A DNA stretch of 64,000 bases. Source: Octopus sinensis. Its lineage: Eukaryota. The position numbers and the translations under genes are program-made. The DNA lies in the NCBI RefSeq assembly GCF_006345805.1, contig NC_042997.1, positions 126,914,001 to 126,978,000 of the forward strand, written 5' to 3'. The notes under the pieces are model-generated. The model saw only the letters and a program-made list of their open reading frames with translations, ran no database searches and had not been told where the DNA came from. Of the stretch, positions 13,590 through 26,419 are shown piece by piece (the stretch's first letter is position 1; each line of letters starts with the position of its first letter).

Positions 13590-14270
13590 TGCATATATGG
13601 GTACAGGACACCAAAAAAACGTCGAACACAATGAGAAACGAAAACATAAACACAAAACCAAGGAACTGGACATTTTTCTTAAACAACGAAAAAATAGAGT
13701 ACAGGACAAATAACACAAGGAAAATTCCCCTTCTTCAGTCGCCATGGTTTCATCTACTCTGCATTTCGAAGGTGAAGGCGATACGCATCTTCGATTGAAA
13801 CTTTCCTTCCCGCGAAAAGCAAATTAAATAAAATTTGAGATCTTTTTGCGGATGGGTAAAAATGGTAACAAAAACAGGACAGTAACGACAGTACAAAATA
13901 TAAACAGTTAAAGACAGGACAAGGAGAATAACAGTAACACAGGCAAGAAGGGCTGTTAAGCCGATCGAGATAAAGTATTACGAATGCTATTATTGAGAAC
14001 GGCGAAGGAGCCACAGAAAATGCCGTCTACACTTGAAGGAAGCCAGGTCAGAAAGACAGTAGCAGAGCTCTCGTCGCGGGTCAACGACGGGAGGGAGGAG
14101 GAGGAGGAGCAAAAGAAAGAACGGTGAAGGAGCCACAGAAAATGCCGTCTACACTTGAAGGAAGCCAGGTCAGAAAGACAGTAGCAGAGCTCTCGTCGCG
14201 GGTCAACGACGGGAGGAAGGAGGAGGAGCAAGAGAAAGGGAGAGAAAAAAGCATACTATACACTAGTAAT
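13590..14270 (-). mobile_element. Probable Penelope-like 3' region with an internal 122-bp tandem duplication
   Basis: Tail resembles other PLE tails in the window (CTGAAGAAGG motif, then TA repeats); 13997-14118 is repeated at 14119-14240. Confidence 0.4.
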
Positions 14271-14607
14271 AGAAATAAAGACATTCTTAAATAAAATAAC
14301 AGACATTTTAGTATGTTGTAAGCATAAATATGTAGCGTCTTATAATTTTCTTAAACTTTAAAATATAATTTTTTAGAATATAAAAGCTTTTTGAAAATAC
14401 GGTCCAATTAGATCATTAGATCCAATGAACACTTATGCACAAACCTGTAATCTTAAATTGTTTTTTTATAGTAATCAGTACAGAGTGGAATATTCCCATT
14501 GGCTATTATTTGCATTATTAACTAAAGTTAACCTTTCAATGATTTTCATTTCTTATTTAAACGTGGTAATCCTCTTGAAAATATGCGGAACCTGATATTA
14601 TGCTGTC

Positions 14608-16475
14608 AGTGTCAGACATTATTTTTGTGTGAAAAAATTGGAAAAACTGTTAAAAAATTTGTCATAACATTGAATCGCGCGAGGCGCTTGCCGCTGCTTG
14701 TCGTTACTTTTTATAGAAGGAACGTCGACCCTCAGTCATGGAGATATATGCGGGGATTGCCGCAACGAAGAGTGGCGCGTCGCTTGTGGTAAGAGACGTA
14801 ACGTTCAAGAGGGAAAAAATGAAGGGATATGAGAAATATGTAAAAAGGGAGGGTGAAAGCGTCAACCTGATCCCTCCAGCAGAAACAACGGAGGAGAGGA
14901 ACAATAAAATGATAATATACAGGACACAGGATAAGAACTCAAGGAAACTAATGCGAATATCGATAGAAGATATAGAAAAGTGTCTTGATGACATAATGGA
15001 CAAAGCGACATATGTAAGCAGAGGGAAGAAATATGGTACGGTGGAAGTGAGGTGTGCAACAAGTGAAGAGGCGGCCTCGCTATCTTCCACTGTACTCAGA
15101 GCGGAAAATTTTATAATACTACCTACATACAAAGCAAGATGAGGAGTAAGGGTTAAGATCCCAAACGTACCGCCGGAGATAAAGACGGAATGGCTGGTGA
15201 CAGCCATTCTAGGGTCGGCTGGAGATGAAATAGAACTGGGGTCGATTACAGAAACCAATGTCGTGAACTGGAAGGGATTCGGTATCGAATTGTGGCTGAT
15301 GGCCACAATAGAAGATATCGAGCGAATTCCCTTTCAGATAGAGGTGGAAAATGGAAGGACAATTGGCGTAATTGTAGAGGGAAGAAGGCCGAATTGTTAC
15401 TTATGTGGAACAAGAGGTCATATAAAGGCAGAATGCCCATTATATGAATTTACAGTGGAGAAAGAAACAACAGAAAAGGAACAGAATAAGACACAGAGTG
15501 GAGAAACTACAGAAGAAGAACAGAGAGAGGAAAAAAAAGAACAGGAGGATGGAAAAAAACAATGCACTGAAAGAGAAAGAAAACAAGGAAAAAGAAACAA
15601 TAGAAAAGGAACAAAAGAAAGAAAAGCGACAAGAGAAAAGAAAAAGCAGTACAATGAAAGAAAAAGAAATCAAGGAAAAAGAAACAACAGGAAAAGAACA
15701 AAAGAAACAAAGCAGAGAAACAACAGAAAATGAGCTCAAGAAAGAACAGTGACAGGAGAAAGGAAAAAACAGTACATCGAAAGAAAAAGAAAATATGGAA
15801 AGAAAGTAGAGAGAAAGGGAGAAACCAAGGGAAGAGAATAAAGAAGTAATCAGCCCTAAAAAGAAGACAAGGGAACAATCAACAGAAACTACAGTTTCGA
15901 AATGGGGGTACCAATTTTATGGAACATTGGTAATATACAGGGACTGCCCTGAAATGAACGAAATAATAGGGAAAACAAGAAAAGTATCTTGGGTTAAAAT
16001 GGGAACCAAGTTTGAGGCAGGTGCTCTAGTCCACAAGGACAGATACCATGAATTCATGGAGGCCGCCGGGAAGTACCTGGGGGATCAATGGAAGTGTCGA
16101 TTGAAAGAGCGTCCATCTCGCGTGGAGAGATACGACACACTGGTGCACGAAATAGAATACACTTAAAATTGTGGAAAAGAGGGAAAAAAAATTCTGTTAG
16201 CAAAAGGTATTGTGAAACTCTATGAGATTTTTGTGTGGTAAACCTTGTGAATTTTGTAATAATTTTTTGAAAAAATCAATATGGGAGAGACTGACAAAAA
16301 TGTAACCACTCGATTTCGGGGATCGAGTGGACATTGCACCTCATTGTAATATCTTTTCATAACTCATTATTTTAAAATTTTTCTTCGTCTTATTTTCATC
16401 CACTTTTGTTATTTCTAAGTTCCCCGATTTGTAGTGTCCCTTCTTTGTTGGCCCCTTGTGGGTAATAAAAAATCT
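14608..16475 (+). mobile_element. ORF1-only (HAL1-like) L1/Tx1-type non-autonomous retroelement with 15-bp TSD
   Basis: TGATATTATGCTGTC at 14593-14607 and 16476-16490; gag-like ORF1; no APE or RT; ends in GCCCCTTGTGGGTAATAAAAAAT. Confidence 0.85.
14738..16166 (+). pseudogene. L1/Tx1-type ORF1p: RRM-like region, CCHC zinc knuckle, Lys/Glu-rich linker and C-terminal domain
   Basis: ORFs 14738-15142 and 15197-15733 are in the same frame, separated by one TGA; CYLCGTRGHIKAEC at 15395-15436; C-terminal piece 15927-16166 after frameshifts. Confidence 0.8.
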
Positions 16476-16735
16476 TGATATTATGCTGTCGCGTACTCAT
16501 CGATACTCAAAAACTGAACTTTCACCAACTGAATACTCACCATGTAGTGCCTTAATGCTTTTTGCTGGATTTTACCTCGAGAAAGGAACCCTGAGGAAGG
16601 AGTTCTGAATTTCGAATACTTCGTACAACCACTTTTCTGAAACGGCTGCAGGTTACGAAAAAAATTTTAATCGCTTCTTTCAATTTAGGTTTTTATTTTT
16701 CATGTTTATATTTGTATTTCATTGTTATGTTTATA

Positions 16736-17299
16736 TTGGGTTGTCCGGAAAGTTAGTTCCGATTTTTAAAAGAAAGTAAAAGGTCACGAAATACTTGCCA
16801 TTACATTTTTAATGAACCAAATCTGAACCATTTCGTTGCACAATACGTCTCTGTCTTTCTTTTACCTTGAAAATACCCTCTTCCCAGAATTGGGGTGGTT
16901 TCATGGCAAAGAATTCATCAAGGTATCTTTTTACGTCATCTAAGGAATTGAAATTTTCACCATTAAGACTATTTTGCAGAGACCTGAATAAGTGGAAATC
17001 TGAAGGAGCAATATCTGGGGAATAGGGAGGGGGGTAACACATCCCAGCCGAGCTGCAGCAATTTTTGTCTGGTTCTCAAAGCATCAAGTGCCGAAAATGA
17101 ACTTTCTCATCTTTTATTTTAAAGGGTTACAGAATTAACACAGGTTATAGGAACATAAACCTTATTCCACGAAAAGATAGCTTAAACTGTGCTCTAAATG
17201 AAGGTGTAGTCAAATCCTATTTTATGGACTCAACCATGTTCTAAAATAAGTCGAAAGATAAGCTACTCTAAATAGGCACGAACTTTCCGGACAACCCAA
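16736..17299 (-). mobile_element. Internally deleted mariner derivative (about 564 bp)
   Basis: TIRs TTGGGTTGTCCGGAAAGTT with TA flanks; PPYSPDIAPSDFHLFRSLQN...FWEEGIFK. Confidence 0.9.
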
Positions 17300-18112
17300 T
17301 ATTTCTATATTTTTATCATGAAACTCTTAATATAAATATGTGGATATTCGTATGGAATAATACCTCATGCGCTACATCTGAATTTTCTTGTCTGAATGTT
17401 TTAAGACAAATATCCGAAATTCATATCGTATACCACATTTTACTAATACTTGGCTCATATACGGAGACAAAAATGTTGTACTATATACTGCAAGTTATCT
17501 CCATTAAAATCCTCGTATTATATACATTATATATATATAATATACGCATTGGCGAAGATTAATTTAAGACCGATAATAAAAGTTCTATTTCTTACAAAAT
17601 ATTCTGTTACTAGTCCTTTGCCGATCTTTATATTGACCAGTCTTCGAGTATAACATCCATGCTTGCACGCAAGCCGGTTTACTGCACTTTAGTTGCTTGC
17701 TGATGTTCGAAAAGGAAACTTTTTGCTGTAATATACGATTTTTGCTCTCGTGACTGGACTAAGGCTACGTTGTTTTCCCATTATTAAAAAATTGTATAAC
17801 ATTAAATTATAACTTTATATGGTGCATTTAGGCTCGTTGTGTGACCACCCATTTTGGCCAAAAAATTGCATACATATTACATAGTCATAAACTAATTTTG
17901 CCGGTAAATTTGAAACATTTATGTTAATCTAACATTAGAATTCTTCAAGTTGTATAAAAAATAGTTATTGTCTGCATCATTCGAAAGAGAAATAAATTTT
18001 GCATAAGGTGTAAAAGATATAAATAATTTGTATGGTGTTAGTAACAAAATATTTTGTAAGAAATACAACTTTTATCGTCAGTCTTAAATATATTTTCGCC
18101 AGTGTATATATC

Positions 18113-19335
18113 TCAAGTCATCCCATAAGTTCTGTCCGAATTTTAGATAAAGAAAACAAGTGATCAAATGTTATATATTTAATTGAAAGTTAATCATCAA
18201 TGTACTTTCCCTGATTAACTATGACTTACTTCCATCTATTTACAAGCTTTTTAATCCAATCAATGTAAAACTCTTTTGGTTTCAAATCGAAGAACACTGA
18301 AAGAACACTAGGTTCGCACCTAGTAATGTTTGTAAATTTCGTGATAAAGACATGTGTACATGGCTTGATAAGAAGACTGGATGTCGACTCATGAAAGCAT
18401 TTCCGTATAATCCAGGATCAAATGGAATTGCTGAATAGATAATCACAAGTGTTGAAATAGGCTTCAAAGTATATTTTAGATGCATGCTTTTGAGCACTTA
18501 AGAATACATCTTAGTCCCTCATCTTCTCTGGCTTGCGAAAGTTGTGCCCCCCCTAATAATTCTGTAAACTATGAAACAAATGGTATCCCGAAGGAGTAAG
18601 GTCGGGAGAATAAGTTGGATGAAGAAATTTTTATAAACCGGACTCTTCGATCTTCTGTGATGTGATCTTTGCAGTGTGGGGTTGCGTATTGTCTTGACGA
18701 AACATCACTCGTTTCCGACTCACTAAAGCGGCTCTTTTTTCCTTCAAAGCTTGGTTCAAACGCTCTAATTGCTGACAGTAGACTTGAGCATTGATTGTTG
18801 CATTAGGTGGTAACAATATAAAGTGAATTACGCCTTTGCAATCGCACCAGATAGAGAGTAGAACCTTTTTCCCATGAAGTTCCCTTCTCGGTTGTGGTTG
18901 AGCATTTTCCCTTTTACCAAGCCACTGTTTATCGAAAAAGGGTGAAATGAGTTTGCGAGAATGGAGAGAAGAGCAGATGTCAACTCGGGATTAGCGGTTG
19001 CTTTCGGGCAATACATGAGGCACCTATTTTCCAAGTTTAGGAATCTTTCCACGTTGTTGAAGATGACGATGAACTGTTGTATGGTTTGAAGTAAGCTTTA
19101 TTGCCAATTAATTCTTCAACTGATAATGACGGATTTTCTTCAAGTAATGCCTCAAGGAGCTTATCCTCAAACTCAACTGGACGTCCTGTTCGATATTCAA
19201 CTTTAATTATGCAAACGATCTCCTGCAAGTTCTTTCATTCAAGCACTTTCCCATAAACTGAATGTATGTTTCGAGTCGCTTCGGCTGCAGAGTTACCTAT
19301 ATTGTACTCAGACAGAATTATATGTGCCTTAAATG
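18113..19335 (-). mobile_element. Second copy of the 3472 mariner family, 5'-eroded, carrying a gypsy insert
   Basis: Left TIR CAAGTCATCCCATAAGTTCTGTCCGA; colinear with 3472-4550; RQDNTQPHTAK; foreign segment at 18301-18530. Confidence 0.9.
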
Positions 19336-20549
19336 CACATATAACACCTTGATATCTCATGTTATCTCATTTTATATGACTAAGACGTTTATTTTCTATT
19401 CTGGTTTTTATAGATTTCTATACATTATATTTGTATCTATAATTTATTTTAATCCCAAACATAATACGATCCTTGTACGAACGAAAGAACAAGAATGTTC
19501 TCTGGAACTTTTATCTTCCACCGGTGTTTGTAATCGATGGTGACATGTGCGATGATTTTGCGATTATCTTATATTTTACGGAGAAATTGGAAGCCCCGAA
19601 TGTAAGCCACCACTTCATGCATAATTCATTATTTATAGTTCTCTATTTCTAACTGAAATTCTGTCCTCAATAATTATAGATCTCTATTTCTAAATGTAAT
19701 TCTTTTTCTTCTCGTTCAGCTTATAACTATAAGACGCATTCTTATCTGTCTCTTTTTTTCTTCAGCGTTCCCCACTTCACCTCGTTAGGTTTAAACAGCC
19801 CTTACCGAATGTTTTCACTGTCCTGTTTTAGTTAGCAGTTTTGACGTTCCACGTAACTCAATAATTTGCTTTAGGGGAGCAATCGCTTTGACGAAGACGC
19901 CTCTTGTTGCATGCTCGCAATGCGGAGTAGGTAAAACTGCCAACAACTGAGGGAGGTTTGTTTTTTTTATGCTGCTTTCGCGCTATAGTTCTCTATATAT
20001 AATTGAAATTCTTTCTTTCATCTCCTTCAGAAGCCAAGCCAAGCTAAGCCAAGCCAAGCCAAGCCAAGCCAAGCCATCTGTAATAGTGACACCAATGCCA
20101 TGGCGTCGACTGTGGGCCGGTAGCTGTGTACAGTCGCCCCAATGTCGCCCAGAGCGAGCTCTTGTGTTTCAAAGGTATGTGACAGCAGCAGTGAGAAGAT
20201 GCCAAATAATATAGATGCAAGGACACAACCTTGCTTTATCCCGTTTGTAACAGTGACACCAATGCCATAGCGTCGACTGTAGGCCGGTAGCTGTGGACAG
20301 TCCCCCTGAAGCTATAGCAGAAGACACATGCCTTGTTACCACACAGCCACACCTGCACATGTGTGTGTGTGTGGGGTGTGGATCGGTATGTGTGTATGGG
20401 TGTTATTATGTATGCATGTATATAAATGTGTACATATATATATGTGTACATATTACATGTACATCTATATATACATCTAGACATACATGTTTACATATAC
20501 TTGTATATCTATAGAAATACAGCTATACATATACATGTATACATATACA

Positions 20550-20632
<83 letters not shown>

Positions 20633-20724
20633 CATGTATATATACAGATGTATATGTATACATGTATATGTATAGCTGTATTTCTATAGATATACAAGTA
20701 TATATTACTGGGTATATATTACTA

Positions 20725-20911
20725 GTCGCCATGATAGATCGTTAGCCACTACACACATTTTTTTCGCTCCTTGTTTTTTCTGTGTCCCTTTCCGTAGAAA
20801 AGCGTAGGCTCGAAATGTAAAACACGTTTTCTATTCCTGAGCGTTGCACTAATACATCTGTCTGTTTTGTACACCACCTGTCTTCCTCTTTTTTTTTTCG
20901 TAAACTCTCCC

Positions 20912-20912
<1 letters not shown>
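20725..20912 (+). mobile_element. Penelope-like 3' tail with degenerate hammerhead-like motif
   Basis: CTTT-CCGTAGA-A-AAGC-gtag-GCTC-GAAA-TGT; same tail family as 1-150. Confidence 0.65.
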
Positions 20913-20970
<58 letters not shown>

Positions 20971-21032
20971 TATATATATAATATGTATATACATCCATGT
21001 ATATATATATACACACATATATGTATATACAT

Positions 21033-21076
<44 letters not shown>

Positions 21077-21136
21077 GTATATGCATCCATATATATATAT
21101 ATATATATATAATATATATATATGTATATACATCCA

Positions 21137-21195
<59 letters not shown>

Positions 21196-21324
21196 ATAAT
21201 ATGTATATACATCCATATACATACAATAGAGAGATGCTTTTGTTTCACTTTTAACACGTAATACTGAAATAGTGGAGAAGATGTGATATTGTTGTGAGCT
21301 CGCCCTAGGCAAGAAGTTAAACAT

Positions 21325-21450
21325 TTCTTTTGCACATGACACTACATGGCCCCTAAGTAAGGCATGTGTAAAATTTGAATGAAATTGGTTGTGTAGTTCT
21401 CAAGTTTTATGGAAACACACAGACAGACAAACACACATTCTCAGTTATAT
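21325..21450 (+). mobile_element. HINE/DINE-1-like fragment
   Basis: AAATTTGAATGAAATTGG...ACAGACAGACAAACACACATTCTCAG followed by (TA)n. Confidence 0.4.
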
Positions 21451-21699
21451 ATATATATAATATATATATATATTATATATATTATATATATATATATATA
21501 GATATTATTTAGAGATAACATTCGCATGTTTAAAAGCTCGAAGGTTTAGTCTAGTATTTGTATCTTCTACATGAACCGGTATACTCTTAATAATCACAAC
21601 TCTATTATTTTCTGTTTGAGACATTAATCTTGCTTGCTGTGTTTCATCATCTCTTCTGCAGCATCAATGCCATACAGCAGCAGTTGTTTCATAAGACCT

Positions 21700-24440
21700 T
21701 GTTAATGATCATTGTACTAGTGTTCTTATCAGAGAAGATAAGGGACTAAGATGTATTCTTAAGTGCTCAAAAGCAAGCATCTAAAATATACTTTGAAGCC
21801 TATTTCAACACTTGTGATTATCTATTCAGCAATTCCATTTGATCCTGGATTATACGGAAATGCTTTCATGAGTCGACATCCAGTCTTCTTATCAAGCCAT
21901 GTACACATGTCTTTATCACGAAATTTACAAACATTACTAGGTGCGAACCTAACTGTTTGTGTTTCTGTTTATTCAAAACTCTTATTACTTTTGGTCACCC
22001 AGAATATGCATCAACAAGTATTAAGTACTATCCATAATTCTTAATATAAACGTGATCCACATGCACGCGTATTCGTGCTATAATATCTTTAGGCCATATG
22101 TACACAGCATGGAGTAATTCTAGGTTTATTGTTTCTCATGTCAGACATAGTCATAGATATCGTTCCACATCATCGCAGTAGCCTTGCCACTATGTTTCTT
22201 AATTCCTCTAATCTATTCCTTGTTGCCGTTAGCCACAATGTACGTCACTAAAGGCAGCTTTTATCATTAATACTATCAAACAGGTTGTTAGAATAATTTA
22301 TTTACTATTGCTCGAAATATTAACTTCAAATATTCATTTAGTTTTCAATGACTTAAATGGCCTCAGAACAATAGAAAAATGCTCTAATTAATTTTAAATA
22401 TTATTTATTTTGAAATATCAGACAAAATATTAACTATTTTTAACATCAGCTTTTGTAACATAAATTTCCCCAAGGTAAATTTTTAAAAAAATCATATGAC
22501 TATAGTGTTCTTATAAATCAACATTATTTATAAATCCTGTCGTGATAATGCATTAACATGTGGTATTTGTGATCCTATTAGGTATTTCATAATAAATGCT
22601 GTCAAAGACTATCTTATAACTTGCTGAGTTGTTATTTTCGTTAACTACAGGTTTTAACAAAAGTTAATTCTAATGGATTACTATCCAAAATTAATTGAAT
22701 TTTTTCTCTGTACAATCGCTTTCAGTATTCGTGTATTTTTGCTCAACCTGTGGCTAATGCTCTTGACAAATATAATACAAAATATAATACATGTTCTTGT
22801 GAAGATATTTCTGATACAGAGCTTTTCCTTGCATTAGTTGTGGCATTACAAATATGGACTGTTGCCCTCGATACTAACATCAGATTTATATTATAGTCAA
22901 ATGCTATTTGTTGTTGGACTCACTTTAAAAGCGGGGCACCACGTTTACGAAGTGATGCAACCGGCAATATTCGGTCTGAATAACGATCGACGGAGTTTCC
23001 TTAAAAATGAACAAGAGACGTTACTAGTTACTTTTGTCATTTGGCGGTTTAACATCAACTATTCTTACCACTAAACTACGATTTGGCAGCGGCAGCAGCT
23101 GCAGATACATCTGATAAACAATAACATTATCAATACCATTTCCATGTTCAATTGCTCTCTAAAACAACACGGAATGTTTATATTCCTTATGTAAGACATG
23201 TTCATCATAAAAGACCCATTGTTATATTTATCACAGTAACTTCTTTTGCTTCAAGACACGTTTCTATTTGATGGTGGTATGCCTCCTTCCTTTAAATCCA
23301 ATTTAGCAAAATGATTCATGCTAGAAAGTGACTGAAATATTGATTTAGTATTTGCAGTTGGATAAGAATCTGAATAAATTCTTTCAGTTACATCAACTTT
23401 ATAGTCTACACATATTCTAAGATCTCATCCAACCTTCACACAACCTATTTACTGTTACCGGCAGGAACTTCTTAAAGACTTTCATTAATTAGTTTTCTCA
23501 GCTTCGCTATGACTATTGGTTTTATTGGTAAAAGTCTTGCCCTAAAATAACATGAACTGATATTTCCTTTGAGAGGAACGCTAGACTTAAATCCTGTTAA
23601 TCTCCCAAATTGTTTTGGAGCTTTACTCTCCTGAATTAACGTTGAACTACGAACATTTATCACGTCTATAACAAGCAAGCCATGACTTTTCTTACATTCA
23701 GTAACAATAACATTCACATTCACTTACAAATTCTATTAATGCGCCAAATTTTCCCCAAATTTCAATGCGTGATCTATCAAATTGTTTTAGTCTGAAATTA
23801 CATTTTCTTCATTTTGATTTATTGAAACCTATCCAGAAATTCTGAGGTATTGTGGTCAGCCAATTGCCAGTGTCAATTTGCATCTTATAATTAATATTAT
23901 TGAGTATCACGGATTATTGCCGTGTGTTTTCGGCCAGATTCGTGAATAAAGAACTTTCCTTTTTCTTTTACTTTGCCAGTTTTGTATTTTTATATACTGC
24001 CTTAAAACGAGTCTTTTCCCGTGTTACAGGACACGATGGTGCACGCTTACATCTACCGAAGTGACATGTATAATCAAATGTATAGTTGTTTGTATCAGTT
24101 GTATCATCTTGTTTTTCTTCGCTGTATCTCTCATCTGAAATTTTGAAAACAGTTTTAGCTGTTAAAGAAAAGCTTTGGATCACTTGATTGAAAATATTCT
24201 AACGCTTTAACACCATGATCGGATGATTGCATGCTATCTGTAAGTTTCCTTTGAATTGTATTATCTTCTGCTTTTTTGTCCTTCCTGCCAGCATTACCAT
24301 TTTTTAACAAAACCCAGCTGACACGCAGTTTCTGAGAATAAATCACCTTGACTAGATTTTGCTGCTGTAATAAGAATCTGACCTTTTCAGCAGTTATCGT
24401 TTTGTTTTGGGAATGGATATAGGATGACATCATTATAAAT
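21700..24440 (-). mobile_element. Degraded Gypsy (Ty3) LTR-retrotransposon gag-pol
   Basis: Manual translation on minus strand: protease MQIDTG (about 23880); RT RICVDYKV...HFAKLDLK and VIVYQ; RNase H TTNA...LYLSRAL, IPHVNALSR; integrase DVHCG, RVHVDH, PYNPGSNGIAE; no LTRs recognised. Confidence 0.9.
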
Positions 24441-24899
24441 CGTACAAAGTTTTTTTACCATTACCTAAATTTTATAACACAGCCACTCCTACGCCTTCTG
24501 TGATCTTTCTTCTATTTCAGAGCAAAGCATCACCCAAACTCTGCCATGTCTGAGCCAGCAAGTTTAAGCTCACTGTTGTTAATTAACAAGACTATTGCCA
24601 TATAATACAATGTTTCTCCGGATGCAATCATGGTCTCACAAAATCCTTTAGATTCTAAGAGGTAACATAGCGGTTCGGCAAAAAGAGACCGATAGAATAG
24701 GTACCAGGCTTGAAAAAGATAAAAAGTTACTGGGGTTGATTCATTCGCCAAAAAATTCTAGGTGGTTCCCAGCATGGCCGCAGTCTAACGACTGAAACAA
24801 ATGGTAAATAAAGGATAAGAGATTTCAAAGTTTTATCCAACTTAATGGTCAAGCTAATATATAGAATTATTTAAGCTACCTGAAATCATGCCATTTATA

Positions 24900-25650
24900 G
24901 GTACAGGAATTGCTGTGTGGTAAGAAGTCTACTTCTTACCACAGGATAATGGACTCCTTCCCCAAGGATACCTACAAATTTATGTTAAATTGGCCCGACT
25001 TGGAGCCGTTAAGGTGTTTTGCTGAGGCGAGAAGTCTGGTCGGGCAAGAAGATTGTATTTTTTATTCCTAAAAGGACTTGTGTAAGAGGTCTATTGCCTC
25101 AAATTGGGTTTGTATGTCGTTAATATAGGAGGTCTATTGCCTCCTTAATGTGTTATCATGTTAAAGATTTGTTGCCTCAAAATGTTTTATAAAAGAACAA
25201 CGTGCTCGGGTATACAGCAATCGGCGGGTGTTGCTGTTGCCCTCATTATTATCATATCGTTAATCATGCCATCTCATTATGTCCGTGTCCAACCCGCAGC
25301 TTCCTTTCTTTGTAAGGCCCGTGTGGCCAATTAAATAATATAAAAGAAGTCTACTTCCCACCCACATGGTTCCGAGTTAAGTTCAACTGCATGAGACCAA
25401 AGCCTTGTGAGTGGATTTCGTAGACGGAAACTGGAAGAATTCCATCGTATATGCGTTATGTGTGTCTGCTTTACAAACACTGTTGGTGTGAATACGTGCC
25501 CGTCACTTAGCGGCTCGGTAACAGAGACCGATAGAATAAGTACCAGGCTTTAAAAAATTAGCATTGAGATCGATTCGATTCCTTAGGCTAATTCTTTAAG
25601 GCGGTACCCGAGCATGGCGGCAGTCTAATGACTGAAACAAGAGATAAAAC
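24900..25650 (+). mobile_element. CORE-type SINE interrupted by a 408-bp TSD-bounded insertion
   Basis: Head CTGTGTGGTAAGAAGTCTACTTC resumes at 25344; TSD AAGAAGTCTACTTC at 24922-24935 and 25344-25357. Confidence 0.75.
24936..25343 (+). mobile_element. 5'-truncated retroelement 3' end with an L1/Tx1-like tail
   Basis: 14-bp TSD; tail TTCTTTGTAAGGCCCGTGTGGCCAATTAAA resembles the 14608 element tail. Confidence 0.6.
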
Positions 25651-26278
25651 ACATGTAAACACGCAAAATGCATTTAATAATATTAGCGTAACAATGACAT
25701 CCTTAACAACGTAATAGAAATCCTTTTTATGTCTTCGTTGAAGTGTCTTGCCTTGATGCAAATCAATTTATTCCACTTTTGGACTGTATTATGTTCATTA
25801 ATTGTCGATATGTACCATTAATATTTTCTTCGGATCCTACTATGTACTTTAATAATTTATAGCCTGATGGCAATCGTAAGCACTTCAGAGCAAGCAATGA
25901 ACAAATGTTTGCTGTGCATTTAACAGTTATTAAAGTGATATTCAGCTTGCTCTATATCAGGTTTATATATGTAATAGGTGCATTAAAAACCTTTCTAGAC
26001 AATAGAAAATTCGCAATAACGGCTTTTCAAGTCGCCATGATTGCCCTTATTTGGAATGTTTGCTTTAAGCAAATGAGAGCATACTGTTAGATTCTGTATA
26101 AGAATATATGTGTGTGTGTGCGTGTGCGTATGTGTGTGTATATATATATATATATGTATGTATTATGTACGTATTTATGTATGTATGTATGTATGTATAT
26201 ATATATACATAGATAGATAGATAGATAGATAGATACATACATACATACATACACACACACACCACACACACACACACG

Positions 26279-26335
<57 letters not shown>

Positions 26336-26419
26336 CCACGCATTCTCAGATGAAAGAAGGCCACTATTGTTGGCTTGATCTAAAATGGCAGGATCTACAT
26401 TTCTTTGTATTTATGAAGA

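Noticed and set aside
15246-15878. Phe/Leu/Ser-rich minus-strand ORFs resembling membrane proteins
   Set aside because: They are the antisense shadow of the A-rich ORF1 linker.
23968-24433. ORFs that first looked like host exons
   Set aside because: They lie directly upstream of gypsy protease/RT on the same strand and include an eroded zinc-knuckle-like segment, so they are best read as gag remnants.
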